A stretch of 64,000 nt of DNA from Lama guanicoe (taxonomy: Eukaryota). The DNA is taken from assembly GCA_013239625.1 (NCBI GenBank), contig MU053722.1:1-64000 (forward strand), in the 5' to 3' direction. A model generated the notes under the pieces. It made no database searches and had not been told where the DNA came from. It worked only from the letters and a program-made list of their open reading frames with translations. A program made the translations under genes and the position numbers. Every line of letters begins with the position of its first letter. Within the stretch, counting starts at the first letter, position 1. Below are positions 25,023 through 38,655 of this stretch, piece by piece.

Positions 25023-25663
25023 CCCTCATTCCAAAGCCTTTTTAAATTAATACACTTCTTAACAGCATTTGTTTGAGAATATATCACATGTTTTTCTTCC
25101 ATGGGAAATAAAGCTTATTGAAGCAAAATTAATTGTTAATTGCAATATATTGTTTGATAAAAAATGCAAAGGCCCTCTTAAGGCTGTTGAACAAGGATAT
25201 TGCTCAGTCACTCAAAAGCATTAGTCTGGGTTAAGGCCTGAGGAATTCTTTGATTAGTGAATTTAACAAATTTTATTTGAGTGAGTTTATGTCTTAAATT
25301 TTGAATGTGCGGAAGGCTCTTTGCTCTATTTTTAAATTAAGTCAATTTCAACTCAGTTCTCGGAGAACTTAGAGTAGATAAAAAATTGATTGCTTGGTAA
25401 GTCAGATATAATACCTAAAATATAACTTTCACATTTCATTTGTAGGCTTCAGGAGTTCTTAATTTGCAACTACAAATTTTGATTCTGTTTTACTCAATAG
25501 AAAATTGTGTTCAAATGTATCTGTTCTAAGAGCATGAAGTAGTTTCTATAACATAAATGTGAGATGAATTTTACCCCTTTAGGCATTCCATTCAAGTGTA
25601 TTCAAATTTAAATTTGGTTACCTCAGGATTAAATGAATAACAAGGGAAAGGAATGTAGTTTTT

Positions 25664-27903
25664 CCTCACTCACCACAGATGCCCTGCTGCTGCCTGGCAG
25701 AAATGCTTCAATTACTGACAGTCCTTCCCCAGATAAAACCAATGTCCAAGGCACTGGCTTCTCATCACACTTAGACTTATGCCAAATATGTAAACTTTGT
25801 TGCAGATTCTCTGTTCTTAATGCTTCACGCTGTATACCTTTTAGCTGATGCTGTAGCTGTTACTGTGGGCCAAAGGGAAATGCAGTGATTGTTGAGCAGA
25901 GTTTGGGAAGTCCCAAAATAACAAGAGATGATGTGACCATTGCAAAATCCACTGATTTAAAAGATAAATACAAAAATATTAGCACTAAACTTGTTTAAGA
26001 TGTTGCCAACAGCATAAATGAAGAGGATGGGAATGATATGCTACTGCTGCTGTGCTGGCAAGTTTTATTGCCAAAGAAGGCTTTTAGAAGATTAACCAAG
26101 ATGCTAATCTAGTGAAAATCAGGAGATGTGTGATGGTATGTGGTGATGTTGTAATTGCTGAACTTGGGAGGTAGTCTAAACCTGTGGCAACCCTTGAAGA
26201 AATTGCTCACGTTGTTGGGAGTTTTGCAAATGGAGACAAATGCTACATCATATCTGATGCAATAAAAAAGGTTAGAAGAAAGAGTGTCATCACAGTAAGG
26301 AATGGAAAAACATTTAATGATGAATTAGAAATTACTGAGGGCATGAATTTTATTGAGGTTATATTTCTCTATACTGTATTGATACATCAAAATGTCAGAA
26401 ATGTGAATTACAAGATGCCTATGCTTTGTTGAATGAAAGAAAATTTCTTCTATTCAGTTTATTATATCTGATCTTAACTTGCCTATGCTCACTGTAAGCC
26501 CTTGATCATAATTGCTAAAGATGTTGATGGAGAATGTCTAGATACATTTGTTTTGAGTAGGCTAAAAGTTGGTCTTCAAGTTATAGCAGTTAAAGCTCTT
26601 GGCTTTGGTGACTAAGAAGCATATTAAATAGAAAGAAGCATATTAAAATTTTGGCTATTATTCTGATAGTGCCGTGTTTGAAAAAGAAGGATTGACTCTA
26701 AATCTTGAAGTTGTTAAGCCTCTAGACTTAGGAGAAGTTGGGGAGGTCATTGTGACCAAAGATGATGCCATGCTCTTGAAAGAAAAAGGTGACAAAGTTC
26801 AAACTGCAAAACATATTTAAGAGATCATTGAGCTATTATATATTACAACCAGTAAATATGAAAAGATAAAGTGAAATGATCATCTGACAGAACTCAGGTG
26901 GAGTAATTTTGCTGAAAGTTGGTTGAGACAGATGGTGTTGAAGTGAATAAAAAGAGTTACAGGTGCTCTCAGTGTTACATGAGCTGCTGTTGAGGAACGC
27001 ATTGTTCTGGAAGGTGTTTGTGCTCTGCTTCAGTGCATTCCAGCCTTGGACTCAATAACTCCAGCTAAGGCAGATCAAAAATTGATATGGAAATTATTAA
27101 AAGAACACTCAAAATTCCTGCAATGACCATTACTAAGAATTCAGATGTTGAAGGATCAGTGATAGCCGAGAAAATTAGGCAAAGCTCCTTAGGAGTTGGT
27201 TACTGCAGTACGCTTGTAGATTATGTGAATTTGATGATAAAGGAATCAAAGATCCAATGAAGGTTGTAAGAAGTAGTTTACTGGATGATGCTGGAGAGGC
27301 CTCCTGGTTAATTATAGCGGAAGAGGTAGTCACAGGAAGTTCTAAAGAGAAGGACCCTCTAATGGGTAGAATGATGGAACAGGAGTTGGTATGGGAGGTA
27401 GCATGTTATATTTCTGAAATAGTGCTTAACCATTGTTACTGAGTTGTGAAGGAAGCTCAAGGCAGCGTTCCTCACCAATAACTTCAGAGAAGTCAGTTGA
27501 AGGAAATGAAGGAAGAAAAGGTGGCTTATTGTATAAGGAAATAACTATAACCATTAGTTACTAGTTTCAGTGGAAAACATACAATGGTTTACTGCTGCCA
27601 CTGCCCATGCCTACAGATAATTTATCTTGTTTTTCGTATGTGAAAGACAAAAGAGTAAAAAGACATTTGTACATTCCCAGTAACAGTGCAAGAGCCATGT
27701 CCCAGTGAACTGCCTTCAACCTAAATCACTGAGGAATTTTTATTACTCTTCTGTTAAAACTAGAATTTTAGTATCTGTCATCACCAGATAGGAAGTTAGG
27801 AAGCAGTCTTACTGTGGGGAATAAAAATAATTGTGTACAATGCAGAGACATAGTTAATTATGTGACAACCTTTCTGTAATAAAAATCTGTTTAAAGTTAA
27901 AAA
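25664..27903 (+). pseudogene. HSPD1: Full-length processed pseudogene of HSPD1 (mitochondrial HSP60 chaperonin)
   Basis: 5' UTR remnant ending GCAGAA-ATG (25703) and a degraded targeting peptide (MLQLLTVLPQIKPMSKALASHHT*TYAKYVNF). Then [11 protein letters not shown].., [29 protein letters not shown].., ELEITEG.., VKALGFGD.., ending GMGGSML (~27408). Followed by an HSPD1-like 3' UTR (CTCACCAATAACTTCAGAGAAGTCAGTTG), AATAAA at 27878-27883 and an A-rich end. Intronless, with many stops and frameshifts. Confidence 0.96.
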
Positions 27904-30900
27904 GATAAAATTAGTTTTATTTGTGACAAAAATATCATACTAAATTTTGGCATAACCATAAATATTTCTACAATAAATGTGACTTTTATTAGGAAATGAA
28001 GTAAGTATTCCTGATAATTAAAATTATGGACAACATGGAAATAGTTACAATATATTTCGGTAGGTAAAAAACTGGGAAATTATTTCTATGTATGGTAATT
28101 GTTTCTAGCAAATAATATGTTGCTCATATCGATTACTAATGTGAAATATAGAAGTCTTCTTTTTCTCATATTTAGACAGAAAACTTCATGAAGAAATGGA
28201 GAAGCTACATATACACAATCTTCAGTACAATTAATCTACATATACTAAAAATGTGAAACTCTACATTAACCATTTTAATACTTTTAATGCCTTAGGGCCA
28301 TTTAATCGCTATTATGCCAGTGGGAAAATTAAAATACAATGTTATCGATTATAGAAGAATTCAGTTTCTTTTGACTGAAGGACCACATTTCTGCCACAGG
28401 TCTTTATTCTTTTTAATCAATTTTAGTATATTATAATTTTTCCTACAATAACTATTTCGGAAGCATAAAATCAGGGAAAGCAGTACTCCAGAGTTAAAGA
28501 AGATACAGTCTTTACCTTCCAGCTTGAGAAAATAAGAAATGTATACAGAAAAGTTTAATGATAGTTTACTAAATGCTATATCTGAAGAAACTATAATGAG
28601 AACATAAGGAAGGGAAAGACTGAATCTGACTCAAGGTTGGAAATTGGATTATTCTGGTCTCTTTTGGTGAACTCAAATTATTTTAAAGAAAAAAATACTT
28701 TTGGCTCATATAACTAGAAAGATAAAAGAAGCAGAGTAAGTCTAGACAAGGGTGGATCAAGAAATGTAAAATAGTGAAGACTGTCTCAGCTCAGACTTCT
28801 CATTGCCTTATTGTCAAGCCGCTTATTGCCAGGTAACTGGAAAAGTGTATCTCGAAGCTTGCTATCTCAGAGTTTTGTTATGATCGAAAAATCCAGTGTT
28901 AAAAAGCATGTGTATAAGAAAATATGGAAAACACTTAAGCAGTAGTTGCAAGTTAAAGAACTGGTATGTATATAGTCAGATGGACAGTATGACAGGGTTA
29001 AGTTATTTAAGTTGGCTAAGTTGAATTCTGGAGTCAGTTGGCATTGGTTTACATTTTACATTTGTGTTCCTAGCTACTTTATCTTCGGTGAATCTCTTAG
29101 CCTCTCTCAGTCTGATTCTCCACGCCTTAGCAAGGACAGGTCTTGTCAAATAATAAAGGGTCAGATACTCTATATGAATGTTATTGTCATGATCACTTAT
29201 TATAGAGACATTGCTTGAGGAAATAGGTCTATTACTTTGTCTGAAGGATTGCAGAGATGGAAATTAGAATCCAAGAGGAGAGATTATCTTTATTTCCATA
29301 AAGATATACAATAAGCTTGAAAACACTTTATTTCCATAAACTTTCCATTGACATTCACCCTCATGTCTACCTACCACCATACATATCAGTGCATCATTCC
29401 ACTCAGCACATACGCATGAGGTTATTTCAGTCCGATCTAAAAAATATATTTTGAACACACCTCTCTTTTTGCTATTCAAGAGACTTGTTTACATTCAGTA
29501 TTTCCAGTTTTCCTCCTTCCACTGTGTTTTAATCCCACTATAACATTATTGTAATGTCTTATACTCACGTATAATCTATAATATCTTAAAACTTTGGTAG
29601 TGGAAATTTGAGTGTATGAGTATATTCAGCTTTGTTAAATATTGCCAAATAGTTCTTCAAAGTAGTTTTGACAATTTACATTTCAATATTAGTGGATTAT
29701 AGTCCCTGGTAAGAGGATCATAAAACACACTTGATATTCCTATTTTTAAAAAAGTTTTAATTATGTGAAATTTGGCTAGCTTTTGATCATTGGCTACACA
29801 AAATTTATGGCTGTTTATTTATTCGTTCCCTTTTTACAATTGGCAACTATATGCTTCCAAAATTATATATTTATTAATTTGCTTAGCAATGGAAAAGTAT
29901 AAAAGGAAAAAAAAAGACAGTGCCAGATTTAAAGAATTAAAGGACCTAACAACTTAAATCACAATCCACACACAGGTAATTGTACATAAAATTAAATTAA
30001 TATAACCTATTTTTGTGGATATAAATATTAACCTTCAATTAATTCACAACAGAAAAAACAGTCAGTCTGTGATGTCTATTTATCTGTCTAGCTAGCTGCT
30101 ATCCAGAGAATGACCAGAATATATTAACAGCACAGTTAGGAGTTTTTTTAAATGCATAGACATACAGATAATACTAACTATGCACCACTGTCAGTTTCTA
30201 TTTCGGATATGACCACAACTTAGACTGTTTATGGCTCACACAAGTACAAATAAAAGAATGCCAGAAAATGCTCAAAAAATATTCCTCCATGCTGCACACA
30301 TAAAACAGATTCAACAAATTATATCTCACTTTTATATTTAATCCCTAAAGAACCTAGAAGTGATCATTACATGGCAGGTGGCCAATACACCTACTTGCTG
30401 AAGTTTCATTTAATCGGTTGACCACAATTTGATTGAAATATAATTTGTAACTGCAACAGATTGTCCTTCTTCCCCTTTTGAGACTGAATATAACTAGTTA
30501 TCTCTTGGATATGAGAGAAGGATAGAATCTCATATGCATCTGTTCCAATTAAGTGTGGAGAAAGTTTGTAAAATGATTTGTGATTGAAGCCAAACAAAGC
30601 TTTGAGTAAGAATTCATTTGATTGCTTTTCTTGAGAAATATAATATGATATTTATATTAAAAACTTATTCATAATTTGAATGTAAGGCGTTCATGTTCCT
30701 TCCAATACTGAGAACATTTTGAGAGAAGATTTATAAATGACAAATGCAGGGATTCATGTTAAGGAAGAAGTTAAAATATTAGTACAAGTGTTCTACTTTT
30801 CTTCTTGATGTTTCAAATTCATTTTTATAATCTATTTTATTCATGATTTTTACTACTTTGCTCATACTAAATTTAATTTTTTAAATGTTTTCTTTGTCTT

Positions 30901-33900
30901 TAGATAATGTAATTTTTTCTTTTTCTTTGACATTTTATAACCAACTTTTGGTTTATAATGACAAAATTGGGCTAAATTTGATACAGGGATATATATGTGT
31001 ATATCACTGAAATGTTAAAATTTAGGATATAATCCATCAAATACATTTGGAACAAGATTTGCATATGTCTGATTTACATGAGGGATAGCGATTATTGTAA
31101 ACACATTTGATTCAGGGATATGAAGGTAGTGGCCTTATTCTGTGTGAATTATTAATTTTTTTAACTGTATCATTATAGTAATCATTTACATATGCTTTAG
31201 GAGGCCACTACATTATCAATGAATATGCTACTGCTTTCTGTAGTTGTTTTACAGGCTAATTTTTGGATTAACATTAGCATATTGTTAATGATTGTGTTAA
31301 ATTCCAAAAAATATATGATATGATACATATTATATATCCTATACATATATGATAGATAACATGAAGAAAGTATAATAACTGGGATATTTGGAATGTCATT
31401 TTACATATATCTGCACACATATACATGCATACCTTTATATACATATATGCATATAAATAATATACATGTATATATTATATAACATACAAATGTATAGTAT
31501 ATTTTAAAAGCATACTGTGTATGCCATAAATTTAAAGAGGGAAGTGTATATGAACCATCTTGTCCGTATTCAATATGAAGTTTACTGGTTGTCTACTTGA
31601 ATTTAATTATTTGTACTTGAGGATTCAAGTTTGTCCTTAAGTTGCTGGCACCTGTTTGTGGAGATGATTTAAATCTTTGGAAATGTCAAGTTCCTTGCTC
31701 TTCTGGCTCATCTAGGTGAAGATACTGAGTAGCTTATTGGAAACATGAGTTGTGGAGCTCAATAGAAATAGAGATATTTGTTTTGTATGTAGTTGTATGT
31801 GGTGGTGGTGTGTGTGCTTGAAACATTATAATTTAATATGGAACCACACTGAGTAAACTAGTAGGGTGAAAAGTAGAAAAATAATGATAGAATCTATAGA
31901 ATCACCAATGTTGAAAAGATTGATGATAGAATTTGAGAAGCAATATTCAAACAGTAATAGAACTAAGAGAGAACTTCATTGTATTATCCGTGACACATGA
32001 GAATTCAAAATGGAGGAAAATTTAAGTATTGTCAAATTCCTCCTTGAGGTCAAAAATATATGGTCCGAGAAGGGGTCATAAGATTTAGTAATTGGAAGAT
32101 AATTAGTGATTTTAGTCACCTCTGAACAAATTGGAAACCAGATTTTGGTTGATAGTAGAATGAAAGGAATTTGAAGAACTTGATAGTAAATTTAATCTAT
32201 TACTCTATTATTTTTACTTGTTCTGCATTCTGTCACAATTCTATAATAGTAGTCAGCTATAAATAACTTAATATCTCTGCACTATACATTATGTGAAGCT
32301 CTTTTAATGTGTTGTCTTTTGCCTCCTTCGCAAATACACTGTGAATTAGGTACTATAGACTTTATTTTCTCTATATGAAAAATAAGAATTTACAATCAGG
32401 AATGAGGAAGATAGAATATTAATTCATGTACATAGTCCAACGCCAGTGTCTTTTCCTGTTAATGCTAAACTCAGCCTTCCCCAGTATTCTGAATCTCCTC
32501 CGCTGGGCTAATTTACCAGAATTCTGAGTTGTAAGAAGTACTGACTTCACCATGTTACTATTTTTTTTAATGACGATAGCTCCTTATTGTATATGTTTCT
32601 AACAAGTCATTATCAGTGGCTTCCCTAGTTAATGATACTTACAAATCCACTGACTAGGAAGGGCTCCAAGAGTAATTTAGAAAATACTCAGCTTTCTTCA
32701 GCCACTCCACTCCCATTAAAATATGAAAATATTTGACTTTATATTGTTCTGTGTTATTGCCAGCCCTCAGATTATCCATTATCTGCCTAGAACCTTCTTG
32801 TCTGTGCTTTCCCTTCTCTCTCATAATGTTCTTTATTACTTATGTTCTTAGTTCTGACAGTGGAGCATTTTGAATATAACTTATTATTTCAAGTTCCCAA
32901 ACTCCTTAAATACGGTGCACTGCCTTGAGATATTTTGATAATCATCTATCATTACAATTTTTAAAGCAGAAAGATCTGTTGAGGCTATTATTCTGATCCA
33001 ACGATTGGTCTCTCTTCACTATATATTCTAATCTGAACTAAGAGAAGGCATGTGGATGCTTGTCAGTGACCTTTCTTGTACTTGTCTTCAGTCATCCTGA
33101 TGCTTTTGTTCATTTTTCTCCACACAAAGATACTGAGATTGTTTACCAGTTTACAGAAGCAAAATCAAATAATGTGTTTGCTAATGTTGTTCAGCCTGCT
33201 AAACAAGCCACATACCAGCTGCTTTACCTAAGACTGAAAAAGAAAAATAAAATTAAAGTGCACATAGACATATTTCTTAAATAATTATTTTATCATATTT
33301 TAAATTATTATTTTACATCTTACTGGGCTATTAATGCATAGAAGTAAGNNNNNNNNNNNGAAGTAAGCAAGACATAATGAATGATGTACAGTTGGACCTC
33401 CCACTGAGATGATCGTTTCCTGAAGTGGTCTCTACATATCATAAGGAAATGATTGACCTTGGACCCTAGAGCTTCAAAAACAGAAAGACAACCTTGATAA
33501 GCTTTATGAGCTCAAGTTCAAAGCTTAACCAATTGTAAACCAATTTGCCTCCTCAGTTCTAATCAGCTCTCCAACTTCTCACCCATAAAATCAGAACCAA
33601 CTGACACCTTCCCACAAGACCGCATGACCAAACACACAGTTGTGGTAGTGACATGATAAATATATCAAGCATTCCTAAGATAGTGGGACATCTTAGTGGT
33701 GAAAGCCTATACATTTTTACCAAAGGAATTGTAGGAATTGGGAAAAAAAGTGAATTCTAATGGATATCTAGAGAAAGAGAGGAGATACTACTACATATCA
33801 TTGATGACTTTAAGAGCTTGGTGACAGCAGCCTGTCAGCTTGTTCAGAATTGCAAATCCAAGAAAATGAAAATACCCAGGTACTTCTAGAGTGCCAGTGG

Positions 33901-35464
33901 AATATGTGCATCCCAGAATTTGTATCTAAAGAAACACAACCCTTCAAAAGGTTTGCCTCATGCAGGATCACAAAAAAGAGAATGACAGTGAATGAGAAGC
34001 AGGCAAGAACTAAGTATGGAAGGTGCAGGAAATGAACATCAGTATATTTATAGATCACTGATAGGCCCCAATAATGTCATTCATGGAATTTGTGTGTGTT
34101 TTGGCAGGAGGGCTTTATAAGGAAGCATTGATTTTAACTAACATATGTATAGAAATATGTCTGATGGACAAAAAGATCTGCACAGAAGAAAAAAACAAAA
34201 ACAAACCAAACCATCCATCCCAAATCTTCAGGATTACTTTCAAGCTCTAAGAGCTATACAGCTTACGGAAAAGATTGTGTTTGTAATTGATCATGTCAGA
34301 GTGATGGTTTTGATGGTTTTTGCTGTGAAAATGTCTATGTCCTTGTTTGATGACCTTGAATTAGTGGAATTTTTAGAGAGTTTTTAGTTGTTTCTCACAT
34401 CCTCTTTTCTTGTATATAGTACTGCCATTATATAAATTTGTATATAAATATGAATATATTATTTATGTAAACATATAGATGGATTCCATTTGTCGTCCCA
34501 GAACAAAGAAGATGTTAATTTGATATTTTAAAAGCAAGTAATAAGGGCCCATTGTTTACATGGTGATTTTCTCAATTGAGAAAACAAAAGCCTATGAAAA
34601 AAATTACGTAAACTGTTTATTTATCTAGTATACTACATTCTAGTGGGAAGATACTCATGAGTACAGAAATGCATATACATATAAATATACCAGTCCAGAC
34701 CCAGGCAACAAAAAGATGGGCCACTCAAACTTATAACTGAGAAGAGTTTGACAATAATAAAACATAACAAAAGCTATTCACAAAGGACTTAGAGAAAAGA
34801 AGATACAGTATCTCAAGGCTAGTGACAACAGAAAGCTATTGACATCACTAAGCCTGAAATTATAAAGGGAAGAAGCAGACTCTGAACCCAGAGACATAGC
34901 TGGTTGTGTAGGGCAGCCTGCACACAGAGCTGTTGTTTACACTGAAAGGTAAAACCTGTGCACAGAAACTTGGAAGAAGGGATCTGGGTAACAAATGCTG
35001 TAATGTTATTTTCTCTTCATCTTCTTAACTTCTGTTAATGCCTTTAGCAGGGGAATTGAATTGGAAGACAGAGAGCAAGAAAGCTATCCAGGACACAGAT
35101 CAGGGCCGAGAAGTGTGGAAGTGGGTATGGGGAGAAAAGAAAGGTATCCAGTACATTGGTAGAATGCATTTTCAATGAAGGTTTACTCTTACATACATCA
35201 TACAAGTGAGATTATATTAAAAAGCCTGAGAAGAACCTCCTCTAAACCATTGATATGCTTACTTCTTAGAAATGAAATTGGGTCGGGGGAAAAAAGACTT
35301 TATCTTTGAGGCAAGGGAGGACTGAAGCAGGGGCCTAAAGGTAATTTTTAACTTCTTTTTGATATTTTCTGTCTTTACCAAATCCCTCTTACAAATAAGC
35401 ATTACGTTTGAGGTTAAGTTGATATTTAATAAAATGTTAAAATTGTGCCTGAATTGATTTGTTT

Positions 35465-35667
35465 CAGTTTAAGTATAGTCAGCTTACAACGTGTCAGTTT
35501 CTGGTGTACAGCATAATAGTTCAGTCATACATATACATACATATATTCATTTTCCTATTCTTTTTCATTATAGGTTACTACAAGATACTGAATCTAGTTC
35601 CCTGTGCTATACAGCATAAACTTGTTGTTTATTTATTTTACATATAGTAGTTAGTATCTGCAAATCT
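35465..35667 (-). mobile_element. Short L1 3' end (~200 bp)
   Basis: AAGTATAGTCAGCTTACAACGTGTCAGTTTCTGGTGTACAGC..TTCCCTGTGCTATACAG; homologous to 2310-2500. Confidence 0.88.
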
Positions 35668-36567
35668 ATGTTTTATAAATTCAGTTTAGTCCCAACATAG
35701 AAGAATAAATCATCACTACATTTATCATTTGACAAATTCAATTTTTTTTTAACCAGGGATTTTTAAAAAGCAATCATACATAAATAATTCACAGCATACC
35801 ATCGTATTCATAGATCAAAAAATTTTAACAGAAAAGAAGAGGAAGTCACATTAAGTTCTTCCTATAGGCTAATAAATTTGTTAAATGCTGTTATATAAAT
35901 TTTCTTAATGTATAAATCAATCCTTGAAGGTAGGTATTTAATTTTTCATTTCATATAGATGAAAAAATTAAGCTTAGAAATTTGAAAAATATTGCTAACA
36001 TAGGAAAGGAAATAATTAGAATTCCATGCTTAAATTCTATTTAACATGTATTTTTTGAAACTTACTATTTATCAAGTACAGATCTAAACAGGGTATAATA
36101 ATTACAGAAAGAAATAGACCACATGCAATGATTTTCATCCATTGTGTGCGTTTTTACTTTTAATAAGCAAAATATTTGAAATAAAAAATTACAAAAGAGA
36201 GTAAAATACCAAAACATTATCATTGATGTGATAGGGATAGATTTTTTGAAAAACAACATTTTTGTAAAATCATATCAGTCAATTGGATGATTGACAAATT
36301 ATTTTGGAAGGGAAATAAAAGGACTGTATTTGGAGGAGTTTATAGGATATAGATACTAATAAGTATATGAAAAAGAGTATTTTGAAAAAATTATAAAACT
36401 TTTCTTTGGAGACTTCCTATAGATCATGGTATTAAAAGCAAAAAATGATCTTGAAGAATCCATACTATTTTAATATTCATAATATTTTTTAATTTTTGTT
36501 TTATTTGTGTGATTCATAGACAACAGAATTGAATGCATTTTATAGAAAATTATTTGCAAAAATTATT

Positions 36568-36677
36568 ATTTTTCTTTTTTTCTTTAGTTTTTTAAATGGA
36601 GGTATGTACTGGGGTTTGAACCCAGGACCTCATGTATACTAGGCTTGTGCATTACCACTGAGCTATACTCTCCACTC
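36568..36677 (-). mobile_element. tRNA-derived SINE (camelid Vic-1-like)
   Basis: GTACTGGGGTTTGAACCCAGGACCTC..ACCACTGAGCTATA (reverse B and A boxes), T-rich tail, decayed TSD-like flanks TGCAAAAATTATT / TGCAGCAATTCTT. Confidence 0.85.
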
Positions 36678-36856
36678 TGCAGCAATTCTTGAGATCAGAG
36701 AATCATTAGAGTATTTAAGGATGAATTTTAGGAAGACCTTAAGTGGTTTAAAACGGTATAGAAATCATGTGTGTAAATGTGTGTGCTTGTGTGTAGGTGT
36801 ATGTTTGTGTGTAAGATTGTTTAAGAAGATGATTCAGTTTTTGTGACATATTTTAG

Positions 36857-37345
36857 TGTAAGCCCTGAGAGTTTTTCTTTTTTGTAATACAAGTGCTGAC
36901 TTAAGCTTTGATTGCCAAGGCATCCACTTCAAAGACAGCTATCTTGAGTAAACAAGTTGCTAGCCATATCACTAGATAAAGAGGTAGACACTCCCCTACC
37001 CCAAGTTTCTTAGATAACTGCCATTTAGGACTCTTGTTTTTGTTTGTTTATCTCTTTCTGCACTTTAAATTCCTGCTCTTATGTTTTAGATTCACCAATA
37101 AATAAAGAGCTTGCCAAACCCCAGGCTGCCAACCCAGGAGCCCAGTAAAAGCAGACCCCCTGGCCTGCATGCTCTCCATCTCTCATTCTTTACCTGTGAT
37201 CTTGATATGTGGCCCCAAGTATGTCATGTAGTTTCCAAGGCTTCTAAGTCATAAATTTTGTCCCTTTCAAGGTTTCTGATGGTCATTTCTGAGGGCATCT
37301 TGCAATCATAGTAAGAACCAGATGGGCCAGTCCAGCCACAATACC
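36857..37345 (+). mobile_element. Probable solo ERV LTR
   Basis: TG start and LTR-like internal composition; right boundary uncertain. Confidence 0.5.
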
Positions 37346-38217
37346 AGTTATCAGCATACTGAGACTAGCACAAAATACATATTCAAGTGGTTGCAAAATG
37401 CAAAAAATAAAATTTAAAGCATGAATTCCAAAATTTTGGGAATGTTTGTTAGCAACAAAAAACTGATTCTGCGGTATTTATATTTTAAAATATTTAGAAA
37501 CGAAAGTGAGGATAAATTATAGCACTATATCATACTGATCATTAAATATCATTAGATTACTGCAATTTTTAAGACAGAATAATCTAGGTGATCTGGGACC
37601 AAATCAACAGTATGGGACACCTGTGGGTGTACTACTTAAGCAAAAAGAAATCTGGTAAATGAATGATGCTCTGAAATAGAATTTGTACTCTTTTATCCAT
37701 AATTGATGGCTATGTGAATTGCAGATTGTTGGTGACAGGTTGCAGTTCGAGTTTTATATCAGCTCACAGTGTACATTTTCTTATAAATTTTTCAAACTTT
37801 GATTAGTGAAAGGTAGCAAAAAAACCCTCTTCTTACATTGTTTTGTTTCTTCCCTTCTCTAATATCATAAAATATATCATGTATTTCATTCAATTTTTTA
37901 TATTTTTTTATTTCTATAGCTCTTCATATCAATTGGTATTTACTTTCGTGTATATAGTGTAGGAACCCTGTGTCGTCAGATATTTTCCATGTTATCTTTG
38001 GTGTAATTTATTCTGCTTTGCGAACATTTTTTTGTTTTGAAGAAGAAGAAGGAGAGAGAGGCAGCCTAATGTCTCAAGATAATATTGGGAGTTCTGTGTA
38101 TACTACGTATTAGCACAAATTTCTCTTATCAAAGAATCATGCATAGAAAAATTGGGCCCAGCTTCCTTGATTCCTTTTCTCTTTTGCGAATTATGCACTG
38201 TGTTATCCTTTAACTAA

Positions 38218-38655
38218 TGCGTTAATTTCCTAAGGCTGCCATAACAAATTACTACAAAATTGGTGACATAAATCAGCAGATATTTATTACCTGATAGTGG
38301 CGTAGGCTGAAAGTGTGAAAACAAGGTATCAGCAGAGCTGGTTTATTCTGGACTTTCAGAAGAATCTGTTCTGTGACTCTCTCCTAGCTTCTGGTCTTTG
38401 CCAGCAGTCTTTGGAATTCCTTTCTTTTGTACTGAGTCACTCTAATCTCTGGCTCCATTATCACATGGCCTTCTTTCCCATGTGCATCTTTGAGTGTCCT
38501 GTCCTCTTTTTAAGGACACCTGTCATTGGATTTACAGCCCAGCATGATCTGAGTTCATTGTAGTTTACAAAGACTCGGTTTCCAGACAAAGAAGTCAAAA
38601 TCTGAGGTTTCAGGTGGACATGAATTCTGGGAGGACATAATTCAACCCATTATAA
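38218..38655 (-). mobile_element. MLT1 (ERVL-MaLR) LTR
   Basis: TTTCCTAAGGCTGCCATAACAAATTACTACAAAATTGGTG..GGACATAATTCAACCCATTA. Confidence 0.85.

Noticed and set aside
26184..26432. 82-aa ORF with HSP60-like residues as a functional gene
   Set aside because: Residual frame of a heavily disrupted pseudogene; it drifts out of frame.
31310..31500. TA/CA-rich stretch (also ~53740-53820 and ~56600-56740)
   Set aside because: Ordinary degenerate low-complexity sequence.
33341..33367. GAAGTAAG repeated on both sides of an 11-N gap
   Set aside because: Most likely overlapping contig ends; cannot be called a TSD.
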